From an uncultured Acidobacteriaceae bacterium (GTDB taxonomy: Bacteria > Acidobacteriota > Terriglobia > Terriglobales > Acidobacteriaceae), in NCBI GenBank assembly GCA_963722365.1, contig CAVRLM010000009.1, positions 188,861 through 252,860 on the forward strand: 64,000 nucleotides of DNA, read 5' to 3'. The stretch's first letter is position 1, and every line of letters begins with the position of its first letter. Shown here piece after piece: positions 18,801 through 26,814 of this stretch. The notes under the pieces were generated by a model. The model did not search any database. It had not been told where the DNA came from and was given only the letters and a program-made list of their open reading frames with translations. A program made the translations under genes and the position numbers.

Positions 18801-19440
18801 AGTACCGGTTGTAAGTTCCAGTCGCGTCCGACGTGGTCGACACCGCAATGCACTGCAAGTAAGGAGTCGTCGAAACCGAGAACTGGCTGAAAATCCAGCG
18901 TTGCGCCATCTTGTCGTAGATCACGATCGGGTCGCCATCATTATTAGTCTGGCAACCTCCGCCAAATCCCGACCACAACGTGTTGCCCGCGGTCGGCCCC
19001 GCAATCAACGCGCCGGTCGATTTGCTGAAAATTGCAAACGAAGTATTCACCCACTGCACGTATTGCGTTGCGCCCACCGTGCCTTCCGTATCTGGCGGTG
19101 CGCCGGTCACGCTGAACCCATATTGTCCGTTTCCCAAGCCTTCAAAACTCAATGCTACCGGCGGCGTCGGCGCGGCCACCGTCCCGACTTGAATCACCGG
19201 ATCCTCTTGCTGCTCGGCCAGCCCGGGAGGCAGCGGAATTTGTCTCATGGGCTCGACCGGACGCCTTTCCAGCGATGGCGGAGGTGCATGTTTGATCATT
19301 TCCGACAGTGGCGGGGAAACGTCGTGATGAACATCGCGGCGCACGGTAGTCGGTCCCGATTGGGCAAATAGAGAAACGGTGAGTAGCAACGTCATCGCCA
19401 GCGCGAAGCGCCTGGCGATCGCAGGGGTGGGAGTCGACAT
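15850..19440 (-). CDS. Large secreted surface protein: N-terminal ~520 aa propeller-like domain, three Ig-like repeats and two lectin/pre-peptidase-like C-terminal modules
   Basis: Signal peptide MSTPTPAIARRFALAMTLLLTVSLFAQ. Three repeats of ...FTIGA.PSSVTVTQGGNGTSTITITS.N.F.SATTLSA.GLPSGVTAAFSTNPVTPPANGS.TS.LTLTAS... Two repeats of LKAPKC...SCDSG..LLLGRDT.SGG.EPNQPN.IN.SCADG.SGT.HSDESNDR...LDLYYAANA.SP.WV...LQAVRA.FRYQGSASSC.TGAY.DHDDLIFAV. Confidence 0.85.
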   Translation of the reverse strand: MSTPTPAIARRFALAMTLLLTVSLFAQSGPTTVRRDVHHDVSPPLSEMIKHAPPPSLERRPVEPMRQIPLPPGLAEQQEDPVIQVGTVAAPTPPVALSFEGLGNGQYGFSVTGAPPDTEGTVGATQYVQWVNTSFAIFSKSTGALIAGPTAGNTLWSGFGGGCQTNNDGDPIVIYDKMAQRWIFSQFSVSTTPYLQCIAVSTTSDATGTYNRYSFQYSNFDDYPKMSVWSDAYYETFNMFAGGTTFVGADACAYNRAAMLAGTAATQVCFQQGTSVGGLLPADIDGTTAPPAGSPNYLMYFGTNTLNLYKFHVDFVNTANSTFTGPTVINVAAFSPLCAGGTCVPQPSTTQKLDSLADRLMYRLAYRNFGTHESLVVNHSVVAGSGGGVRWYEIQNPSGTPVVAQQSTFAPDSNYRWMGSVAMDQAGDLALGYSLASSTVSPSIRFAGRVPTDPASTLESEVSIVSGSGSQTGSLSRWGDYSAMQVDPVDDCTFWFTEEYMKTTGSFNWNTRIANFKFPGCGTTSTPDFTIGAAPSSVTVTQGGNGTSTITITSLNGFNSATTLSASGLPSGVTAAFSTNPVTPPANGSGTSVLTLTASSSATTGSSTVTITGTSGSTTHSTTLALTVNATAQPNFTIGASPSSVTVTQGGNGTSTVTITSQNSFSSATTLSATGLPSGVTAAFSTNPVTPPANGSATSTLTLTASATATTGAATVTVTGTSGTLSHSTTIALTVNSSVGLQTAVYDSTLKAPKCVNAASGCDSGPSLLLGRDTLSGGSEPNQPNTINSSCADGTSGTYHSDESNDRLVIATTDGSGLAAGKTVKVSATVWAYSGFTSDHLDLYYAANASSPTWVLIATLTPTAAGAQTLSANYTLPSGTLQAVRAQFRYQGSASSCTTGAYNDHDDLIFAVGAGTPGFTVSAAPSSVGVTQGSTANSTITVTSQNGFNSATTLSVSGLPSGVTAGFAPNPVTPPANGSATSTLTFTASPTATTGTSTVTVTGTSGTTTATANITLTVSSTGGAQTAVFDTTLKAPKCATAGSSCDSGTTLLLGRDTMSGGAEPNQPNNINGSCADGSSGTFHSDESNDRIMVASTGGGTMTHGQTVKVTATVWAWSTGSSDSLDLYYAANANSPMWVFIGTIVPPAGGAQPLSATYTLPTGALQAVRANFRYQGSASSCSTGAYDDHDDLIFAVN
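15853..17545. repeat. Tandem ~850-nt duplication of an [Ig-like + lectin-like] module inside the surface-protein gene
   Basis: Module 2 is 15853-16704 (lectin-like 15853-16371, Ig-like 16372-16704). Module 1 is 16705-~17545. A further Ig-like copy lies at ~17546-17870. The DNA copies are clearly alignable by eye but diverged. Confidence 0.8.
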
Positions 19441-19704
19441 AAATTCTCTCCTGAGCTTTCCGAATCAGATTTGATTCCACGACACGGCGCGCTAGAACCC
19501 TCCAGTAGGCCACCGTCAGTTGCGTTCGCCGACGTGACTACTAGTCAAAATAGTTGGCATAATAACGGACCTTCTATGTTTTGTTTTAGGTTTTTTTTGA
19601 AGGCAGGAAAAACGAACAGCGTCTGTGAGGGCCAAACGATCCGGACGGTCGGTTGGCGTTACTTCTTAAATGCGGCTTCGGACGGCCCGTTTGGGCCCTC
19701 GAAC

Positions 19705-20325
19705 TCAATACTCGTCGTTTTCATCAAACGATTTAATATCCAGTTCCGAAAAAGGAAATCGCTGCTGACCGAGCGCCCCTAGCTTCCGACTCCTTCCCCT
19801 CGCGACCGCCTCCCTCGCCTCTTTATCGGCGGTTCGGCGCCTCTCGGTCTCGCGCTTATCCCAAAGCTGCTTGCCCTTGGCCAACGCCAGTTCTACCTTG
19901 ACTCGGCCATTCTTAAAGTACATCCGGGTGGGAATGAGCGTCAGTCCCTTTTGCTGCGTCTTGCCGATCAGTTTCCGGATCTCTTCGCGGTGCATCAGCA
20001 GCTTTCGGGTGCGCAGCGGGGCATGATTGTGGATGTTGCCATGCTCGTAGGGCCCAATGTGCGCGTTCAACAGCCAGACCGCATCGTCCTTGACCAACCC
20101 ATACGAGTCCTTCAAGTTGGCAAGCCCGCCGCGTACCGATTTGACCTCGGTTCCGGTCAAAACCACTCCCGCTTCAAATTTTTCCAGCAAGAAGTAGTTA
20201 TGTGAAGCGATCCTATTAACAGCGGCATCACGATCGCCGCTGGCTGTGGGATCACGGCGCGGGGATTTCTCCGCGCTGGGCTTCGTCTGATGTGTGGATT
20301 GGCGAGCCATAGCAGGCGAATTCAA
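19705..20325 (-). CDS. smpB: SsrA-binding protein SmpB with N- and C-terminal extensions
   Basis: Core [38 protein letters not shown]...[68 protein letters not shown]. Confidence 0.92.
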   Translation of the reverse strand: MNSPAMARQSTHQTKPSAEKSPRRDPTASGDRDAAVNRIASHNYFLLEKFEAGVVLTGTEVKSVRGGLANLKDSYGLVKDDAVWLLNAHIGPYEHGNIHNHAPLRTRKLLMHREEIRKLIGKTQQKGLTLIPTRMYFKNGRVKVELALAKGKQLWDKRETERRRTADKEAREAVARGRSRKLGALGQQRFPFSELDIKSFDENDEY

Positions 20326-20493
20326 TCTTAGCAGGAGAGGCGCGCTACCTCAGGCGTCGGACATTCGACCTCATACCGGCGGTGGCTGAGATCGGATGTC
20401 CGACCGTCTCGGCTCGCGCCCCGCCCCATTAGTCCTACGACCAAAGAGTGTAACTCCCGTGTGCGCAAGCACTTCGGGAGCCGGAAAGAGCGA

Positions 20494-20502
20494 TGCTATA
20501 AT
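20494..20502 (+). promoter_or_regulatory. Candidate extended -10 promoter element (TGCTATAAT) upstream of the secretin gene
   Basis: The sequence gcgaTGcTATAATcgc carries a perfect TATAAT at 20497-20502 with TG at 20494-20495. It lies 140 nt upstream of ATG 20642. No convincing -35 element. Confidence 0.3.
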
Positions 20503-20641
20503 CGCCTCACCGAAGCCTATTTTTCGAGTATTAAGTGGATTTTCCCGCGCAAAATCCAATCATCACGCGGCGAAATGCGGGAAATCTGCTAGTCCGGCGA
20601 AGTCCGTAAATCAAAGAGGATCATGTCGTGAGGATTATCGA

Positions 20642-22639
20642 ATGATACGCCTGAAGCGCCCGGCCCTTTTGCTCTTGCTGGTCGCGGCTGTAACGCTCCC
20701 CGCCATCGCCGACAAAGCTAAAGATCTATTCAACCAGGGTCAGGACGCCGAGGCTCGCCAGCAGTATGAAACGGCCTACGGTTTCTTTAAGCAGGCCTAT
20801 GATCTCAAACCCAAGGATCTTCGCTACCGAGCCTCCTTTGAACGCATTCGCTTTGAGGCTGCTGCCTCCATGGTGCACAACGGCCAGAAGTTACGCGACG
20901 ACGGCAAACTCGACGAAGCCGTTGCCGAGTTCCAGAAAGCCCTGGCCATTGATCCCTCCCTTTTCATCGCCAAGCAAGAACTGATCCGCACGCAGAAGAT
21001 GATTAACGATCTGCACAATCCTCCGCCCCAAGCTGTCGGAATTCCTCCCGGCCTCGCGCGCAGGGTTCACGAAGCTGCTGGTCCCGTGGAACTCACTCCT
21101 ATCTCCAACGTGCCTGTCACCCTCAAAATGCTTGCCACGAAGTCCGACGTCGTCTACCGCACCGTCGGACAGCTCGCCGGCATCAATGTTCTGTTTGACC
21201 CCGACTACACGCCGCGTGCGATTAACGTGGATCTGAACGGCGTTTCTCTCGAAGATGCACTGGAAATCACTGCCCTGGAATCGAAGACATTCTGGCGTCC
21301 CGTTACGACGAATACCATCTTCGTGGCGCAAGACAACCCCGCGAAGCGCAAGGAGCTTGAACAGAGCGTCCTCAAGACTTTCTATCTCACGAACTTGTCG
21401 GCTCCGACCGAACTGCAGGATGTGGTGAACGCGATTCGCGCCGTGCTCGATGTTCAGCGCGTGCAGCAGTTGCTCTCACAAAATGCTCTGGTCGTGCGTG
21501 GCACTCCCGATCAGATCGCGCTCGCGGAAAAACTTGTCGAAGATCTCGACAAGGCGCGCCCCGAAGTCATCGTCGACATCGCCATCATGCAGGTCAGCAA
21601 AGACAAGTCGCGCACCTTGGGATTACTTCCACCCACCAGTGCCACGGTGACCTTGCAGTCGAACATCAATAACACGACCACGACTACGACTGGCACCACG
21701 ACCTCCGGCACGGGCGCCACCGTCACCCAAGGCACTGGCCAGAACGGAATCAATCTCAACACTCTCGGCAACCTGAACGCCACCAATTTCCAGGTCGTCA
21801 TTCCATCCGCCAATCTTTCGGCGGTCATGAACGACAGCGACACCAAGCTCATTCAGAATCCCCAGATTCGGGCTCTCGATGGCCAGAAAGCTTCGCTGAA
21901 GATCGGCGACAAGGTTCCCGTCGCCACCGGATCCTTTCAGCCCGGCATCGGCGGCGTCGGCATCAACCCCCTCGTCAATACGCAATTCCAGTATCTCGAC
22001 GTCGGCGTCAATATCGACATTACTCCTCACGTCCATTCCAACGGCGAAGTCACACTGAAAATCTCGATGGACGTCTCCGCCGTCACCGGACAGTCCAACA
22101 TCGGCGGCATCAGCCAGCCCATCATCGGTCAGCGCAAAATCGAACACGAAATCCGGCTGAAAGATGGCGAAGCCAACCTGCTCGGCGGTATCATGGAAGA
22201 TCACCAGACGAAATCCCTGGCCGGGATTCCGGGCCTGGCGCAGATTCCAATCTTGCGGTACCTCTTCGGCCAGGTCAATCAGGATCACTCCGAAAACGAA
22301 ATCGTCTTCGCGATCGTCCCGCACATTATTCGCAGCACCGATGTGAACGAACTCAACCAGCGTCCGATCGACATCGGTACGTCGACCACAATCTCGCTGC
22401 GCCACTCCGCCAAGCAGCAAGCCGCTCCGGCGCCCACGCAGCCCGACAAACCGGCCCCACCCAGCCGTCGATCACTCCCGCTCCCGCCACGCAGCCGCCG
22501 ACTTCAAACCCCGGCACCGGCGGAACAGCCAGCTTCCTCTTCGATCCGCCCACCATTCAGGCGACTAAGGGAAATACGTTCGTGGTCAATTTGCTTCTGT
22601 CGGGCGCGCAAAACGTCTATTCCGTCCCGGTACAGTTGA
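20642..22639 (+). CDS. Type II/IV secretion-system secretin (GspD/PilQ family) with N-terminal TPR-like region; the 3' end appears frameshifted
   Basis: Start moved to MIRLKRPALLLLLVAAVTLPAIA (in frame with ORF 20396). Secretin block: ...IQNPQIRALDGQKASLKIGDKVP...QYLDVGVNIDITPHV..NGEVTLKI...RLKDGEANLLGGIMED...SLAGIPGLAQIPILRYLFG. The last ~60 codons (PPSRRSLPLPPRSRR...) look out of frame. Confidence 0.85.
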   Translation: MIRLKRPALLLLLVAAVTLPAIADKAKDLFNQGQDAEARQQYETAYGFFKQAYDLKPKDLRYRASFERIRFEAAASMVHNGQKLRDDGKLDEAVAEFQKALAIDPSLFIAKQELIRTQKMINDLHNPPPQAVGIPPGLARRVHEAAGPVELTPISNVPVTLKMLATKSDVVYRTVGQLAGINVLFDPDYTPRAINVDLNGVSLEDALEITALESKTFWRPVTTNTIFVAQDNPAKRKELEQSVLKTFYLTNLSAPTELQDVVNAIRAVLDVQRVQQLLSQNALVVRGTPDQIALAEKLVEDLDKARPEVIVDIAIMQVSKDKSRTLGLLPPTSATVTLQSNINNTTTTTTGTTTSGTGATVTQGTGQNGINLNTLGNLNATNFQVVIPSANLSAVMNDSDTKLIQNPQIRALDGQKASLKIGDKVPVATGSFQPGIGGVGINPLVNTQFQYLDVGVNIDITPHVHSNGEVTLKISMDVSAVTGQSNIGGISQPIIGQRKIEHEIRLKDGEANLLGGIMEDHQTKSLAGIPGLAQIPILRYLFGQVNQDHSENEIVFAIVPHIIRSTDVNELNQRPIDIGTSTTISLRHSAKQQAAPAPTQPDKPAPPSRRSLPLPPRSRRLQTPAPAEQPASSSIRPPFRRLREIRSWSICFCRARKTSIPSRYS

Positions 22640-22938
22640 ACTACGATCCGAAAATGCTGCAACTGGTCAATGTGTCGAATGGCGGATTTCTCTCGCAGGA
22701 TGGCCAGGCCGTGGCCTTGGTGCATCGTGAAGATGAGACCGTGGGTCAGTCACAGATTACGGCCACGCGGCCGCCCGGTGCCGGAGGAGTGTCCGGCCAG
22801 GGCGCGGTCGTCTCCATTACGTTCCAGGCAAAAGCCGATGGCCAGACCCCTCTGACCATCACACGAGGCGGCGCTCGCGATCCGGGCTTACAGGCCATTA
22901 CGGTGAACGGAGCGCAAGCGTCGGTCACGATCCAGTAA
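22456..22938 (+). CDS. Cohesin-like domain, probably the original C-terminus of the secretin but now in a different frame
   Basis: This frame is open well upstream of the listed ORF 22582..22938. Hand translation: ...PTQPSITPAPATQPPTSNPGTGGTASFLFDPPTIQATKGNTFVVNLLLSGAQNVYSVPVQLNYDPKMLQLVNVSNGGFLSQDGQ...ITFQAKADGQTPLTI... Confidence 0.6.
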   Translation, partial: PTQPSITPAPATQPPTSNPGTGGTASFLFDPPTIQATKGNTFVVNLLLSGAQNVYSVPVQLNYDPKMLQLVNVSNGGFLSQDGQAVALVHREDETVGQSQITATRPPGAGGVSGQGAVVSITFQAKADGQTPLTITRGGARDPGLQAITVNGAQASVTIQ

Positions 22939-23155
22939 GAGCATCGGTTTGCAATTTCGGTCTCGCCTCCGTTAAGCGACATGGCGAGGCAACGACCGGG
23001 ACAACCACCCGACAACAATCGGGATAGCAACCGGACGGGAAGGGCACCGCTTTTAGCCGTGTCGTCATCGGCGAGTCAAAATGAAGACTTTAGCCACTGA
23101 GGGGCGTCTTCCCTGCGAAGTCAAAGATCGCCGCTTGATAACGAGAGCAAAGGCA

Positions 23156-23638
23156 ATGAAGATTCACAAATTCCGTCACGGGCCTAACCCCAAGCCCGCC
23201 AGGGGTTTCACACTCCTTGAGCTGATCATCGCCTCGACCATCCTGTCCGTTCTTACGTTGATGGCATTGCCGTTGGCGCGTGTAACCATTCAACGCGAAA
23301 AGGAGAAAGAACTCCGCAAGGCGCTCTGGGACATGCGTGACGCCATCGACCGCTACAAAGATGCGACCGACCGGCAACTGGTGCAGACGAAAGTCGATAG
23401 CGGAGGCTATCCCCCCGACCTCGACACTCTCGTTAAAGGCGTCGACGTGCAAGGCGGCAAGAAGCTCCGCTTTCTGCGTTCTATCCCCGTAGACCCCATG
23501 ACCAAAACGAAAGAGTGGGGCATGCGCTCGATGCAAGACGATACCGACTCCGACTCCTGGGGGGGGCAGAGCGTCTTTGACGTATATACGAAATCCGAAG
23601 GCACCGCGCTCGACGGCACGAAATACAAGGACTGGTAG
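23156..23638 (+). CDS. GspG-like pseudopilin (prepilin-type N-terminal cleavage/methylation domain)
   Basis: MKIHKFRHGPNPKPARGFTLLELIIASTILSVLTLMALPLA..., then ...GGYPPDLDTLV...LRSIPVDPMTK..EWG. Confidence 0.8.
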   Translation: MKIHKFRHGPNPKPARGFTLLELIIASTILSVLTLMALPLARVTIQREKEKELRKALWDMRDAIDRYKDATDRQLVQTKVDSGGYPPDLDTLVKGVDVQGGKKLRFLRSIPVDPMTKTKEWGMRSMQDDTDSDSWGGQSVFDVYTKSEGTALDGTKYKDW

Positions 23639-23692
23639 ATGCTACGGAGGCTGAACAATTTGGCGCGGCGCACTACCTGCACAACCTCAGGT

Positions 23693-24106
23693 ATGCGCGC
23701 GCTCACTCGCCGTCGACGCCTACTCAACGCCCGCGGTTTCACTCTCCTCGAGATGATGATCGTTATCAGCATCATCATCATTCTGATGGCAATCGCGATT
23801 CCCAACTACAACCGCACCGTCATCCAATCGCGCGAATCCGTTCTCCGCTCCAACCTGAGCACCTTGCGTAGCGTCATCTCGCAATACACGCTCGATAAGC
23901 AGAAAGCCCCGCAGTCACTCGACGACATCGTCCAGGCAGGCTACCTCCGCCAAATTCCCGTGGATCCCATGACCAAGGAGACCAACTGGGAGGTCGTGCA
24001 GGAAGACGTGATGATGGCAGTCGATCAGACCGAACCCGGCATCACCGACGTGAAATCCGCCTCCAGCGGCACCGCCAGCGACGGCACCGCCTACAACACC
24101 TGGTGA
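23693..24106 (+). CDS. GspG-like pseudopilin, second copy
   Basis: MRALTRRRRLLNARGFTLLEMMIVISIIIILMAIAIPNY..., then ...PQSLDDIVQAGYLRQIPVDPMTKETNW. The start is one of two in-frame ATGs (23639 or 23693). Confidence 0.8.
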   Translation: MRALTRRRRLLNARGFTLLEMMIVISIIIILMAIAIPNYNRTVIQSRESVLRSNLSTLRSVISQYTLDKQKAPQSLDDIVQAGYLRQIPVDPMTKETNWEVVQEDVMMAVDQTEPGITDVKSASSGTASDGTAYNTW

Positions 24107-24116
24107 ATCTCGTAGC

Positions 24117-24214
24117 GCCGGCATCCTGCCGGCTGTAGCGAGGTTATCTTGGCCTCGCATTCGCAACTTTTCCGAGCCCCAGATCCTGTAGGGGACGGAC
24201 GCATTCGTCCGTCC
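24117..24214. repeat. Three consecutive GC-rich stem-loops downstream of the pseudopilin genes (REP-like or transcript-end structures)
   Basis: GCCGGC-atcct-GCCGGC (24117-24133). GCGAGG-ttatcttgg-CCTCGC (24138-24158). GGACGGACG-catt-CGTCCGTCC (24193-24214). None is followed by a T-tract. Confidence 0.5.
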
Positions 24215-24315
24215 AGCTAAGGGAAGCGCGGCGGAGACTTCACGGTTCTTCCGCGAAAGCCATTCAAGTCCGAAAACGGCTAGTTTGCTTCACCGCGAAT
24301 GCGAAAATCAGGCCC

Positions 24316-26355
24316 ATGCTTCGCACCCGAGTCCTTTCGCTTCTCTTCATCCTTGCGCTTTCCCTCAGTACATCGGCACAAGTTGATCAAGCCGTGGCCA
24401 CGCAGGATCAGGAAATAGATCGTTCCATCAGACCAGGCGACGACTTCTATCGCTACGCCAATGGAAGCTGGCTCAAAACAACAGCCATACCCGCCGGCCA
24501 AACCACCTTCGACAACCGAGCGATCTTAGTAGAAAAAACAAGCAAGCGTGTAAGCGATCTCATTCAGGAGGCGGCCGCGGCCAACCCAGCCCGCGGCACC
24601 ATTGCTCAGAAGGTCGGTACCTACTATTCGGCCTTCATGGACGAAGAGGGCATCGAGTCCAAGGGGCTAATTCCCCTGTCCGACGAAATGGCGCGAATCT
24701 CCGCGATCACCAACAAAGCCTCGCTGTCCGCCTATCTCGGTGCAACCTTAAATACTGAAGTGGACGGCCTCACCGGCAACTTCGATCACATCTTTGGCGT
24801 GTGGGTGAACCAAAGTTTTACAGACTCTGACCATTACGTTTTCCACTTACTGCAAGGCGGGCTGGGAATGCCCGACCGCGACGAGTACCTTGATCCGTCG
24901 CCGAAAATGGCCGACTTGCGCACGCAGTACAAGTCGCACATCGCCGCGATCCTGAAACTCGCAGCAATTGCAGACGCGGAAAGCGAGGCTTCACGAATCC
25001 TCTCGCTTGAAATTCAGATTGCCCAGTCCCACGCCCCAGACTCCGATGCCGCCGACGTCTTCAAGCAGAACAATCCGTGGAAACGCTCCGACTTCGATGT
25101 CAAAGCCCCCGGCATGGATTGGAACGCGTATTTTTCGGCCGCGGGAGTCGCCAGCCAATCGCAGTTCATCGTTTGGCAGCCCTCCGCCGTCATCGGAACG
25201 TCCGCCCTGGTCGGCAGTAAAGACCTCGACGTGTGGAAGGACTACCTCAGATTTCACCTGATCGAACACTATGCCAGTGTCTTGCCCATGTCCGTCGGTG
25301 CCGAAGATTTCGCCTTCTACGGCACCATCCTGTCAGGTGCGCAGCACATGCCCGATCGCAGCAAGCTCGCCATCGACGCCACCAACGCCGCCCTCGGCCA
25401 GGCCGTCGGCCAACTCTATACCCAACGTTACTTCCCGCCCGAAGCCAAAAAGAAGGCGCAGGCCATGGTCGCCGACTTGATCACTGCCTATCGCGCGCGC
25501 ATTTCAAATCTCACCTGGATGTCACCTCCGACCAAGGAAAAGGCATTAGCAAAGCTGGCTGCGCTTCGCATCGGCGTCGGCTACCCCGACAAATGGATTG
25601 ACTACTCCACATTCGATGTCGTGCGTGGCGATGCCTTCGGCAACATGCGCCGGGCAGAAGCTTTCAACCGCCTGCTGAACTTGGCCAAGCTCCAACAACC
25701 CGCTGATCCCGACGAATGGAGAATTGATCCGCAGATCGTCGGCGCTATCATTCTCTTCACTCCCAACACCGAGACTTTCTCCGCCGGAATCCTGCAGCCA
25801 CCTTATTTCGACAGTGAAGGTGACACTGCCTCCAACTACGGCTCCGCCGGCGCCGGCATGGCCCACGAAATTACCCACAGCTTCGACGAACTCGGCAACA
25901 TCTATGATGCCCACGGCCGCCTCGGCAATTGGTGGACCGCCTCGGATCTGGCCAGCTACCAGGCAGCAGCGGCGAAGTTGGTCGCGCAGTTCGACGGCTA
26001 CTGCCCGCTTCGTGATCTGTGCGTGAATGGCAAGCAGGTGCTTGGTGAAAATATCGCTGACCTGGCTGGATTGCTGGTGGCGCATGACGCCTACGTCCTG
26101 TCCCTGAAAGGCAAGTCCGATGTTGTGATCGGCGGTGTCACCGGCGATCAGCGGTTCTTCCGGGCGTTCGCCCAGCGATGGCGCAAACTTCTGAGCGACG
26201 ACGGTCTGCGCCAACAGATCAAAGCCGATCACCATTCGCCGGGAGAATTCCGCAGCGACACAGTGAGCAACGTCGCGGCTTGGTACAAAGCCTTCGACGT
26301 CAAGCCGAGCGATAAGCTCTACCTGAAACCCGAAGACCGTGCCGTTATCTGGTGA
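24316..26355 (+). CDS. M13 family metallopeptidase (PepO / neprilysin-like), secreted
   Basis: Signal peptide. HEITHSFD (HExxH) and GENIADLAG (ExxxD) motifs. 679 aa. Confidence 0.9.
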   Translation: MLRTRVLSLLFILALSLSTSAQVDQAVATQDQEIDRSIRPGDDFYRYANGSWLKTTAIPAGQTTFDNRAILVEKTSKRVSDLIQEAAAANPARGTIAQKVGTYYSAFMDEEGIESKGLIPLSDEMARISAITNKASLSAYLGATLNTEVDGLTGNFDHIFGVWVNQSFTDSDHYVFHLLQGGLGMPDRDEYLDPSPKMADLRTQYKSHIAAILKLAAIADAESEASRILSLEIQIAQSHAPDSDAADVFKQNNPWKRSDFDVKAPGMDWNAYFSAAGVASQSQFIVWQPSAVIGTSALVGSKDLDVWKDYLRFHLIEHYASVLPMSVGAEDFAFYGTILSGAQHMPDRSKLAIDATNAALGQAVGQLYTQRYFPPEAKKKAQAMVADLITAYRARISNLTWMSPPTKEKALAKLAALRIGVGYPDKWIDYSTFDVVRGDAFGNMRRAEAFNRLLNLAKLQQPADPDEWRIDPQIVGAIILFTPNTETFSAGILQPPYFDSEGDTASNYGSAGAGMAHEITHSFDELGNIYDAHGRLGNWWTASDLASYQAAAAKLVAQFDGYCPLRDLCVNGKQVLGENIADLAGLLVAHDAYVLSLKGKSDVVIGGVTGDQRFFRAFAQRWRKLLSDDGLRQQIKADHHSPGEFRSDTVSNVAAWYKAFDVKPSDKLYLKPEDRAVIW

Positions 26356-26814
26356 TAGCGAAAATATTTTCCACAGCGCCCTTGTGACATCTGCCCTTGC
26401 GGCGCCTGTAAGAAGCGCAGAACATGGTCAAGGCGGAGGCGGTGTACGAGAGCCTGGTCAAAACAGAGCTAACTGCTTTGTTGTCAAGATTTTGACCTCT
26501 AACTCCTTGGCGCTCAAGATTTTGCAACGACATTTTGCAAAACCCGCGTCAGTCGCGGCTTCCAGAGGGGTGGGGGAGGGGGGGTACCCGGCTCCACGCC
26601 ACAATTCCCAAAACAGAACAGTCCTCGCAAGCGTTTTCCGCAGCGTTCCCCGAATTTTTTTCAGGCAATTTCCACAACGCAGTTAACGCTGTCTGGACGG
26701 TGAGACAACGTTGGTGTCAAGAACGGTGCGCATCAGGCTACGCCTTCAGGTGCAGCGTAAGGGTGGAAAAATCGATCGTGCCTTCAGGCGCTGCACTCGC
26801 AAAACATCAACCTG

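Noticed and set aside
19441-20641. Looked for tmRNA (ssrA) next to smpB in the two flanking spacers (19441-19704 and 20326-20641)
   Set aside because: Each spacer is under 320 nt. Neither contains a tRNA-like 3' end (GGTTCGA.TCC...CCA), a GGGG...GATTCGACG 5' end, or an ...ALAA-stop tag frame.
20396-20641. 82-codon N-terminal extension of the secretin ORF
   Set aside because: The extension is Ser/Pro/Arg-rich with no signal peptide. The internal ATG 20642 gives a classical signal sequence (MIRLKRPALLLLLVAAVTLPAIA).
22441-22470. Programmed -1 ribosomal frameshift joining secretin and cohesin
   Set aside because: There is no X_XXY_YYZ slippery heptamer and no obvious downstream pseudoknot. A simple indel in a C-rich run is more parsimonious. 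It is kept as a finding only as a frame break.
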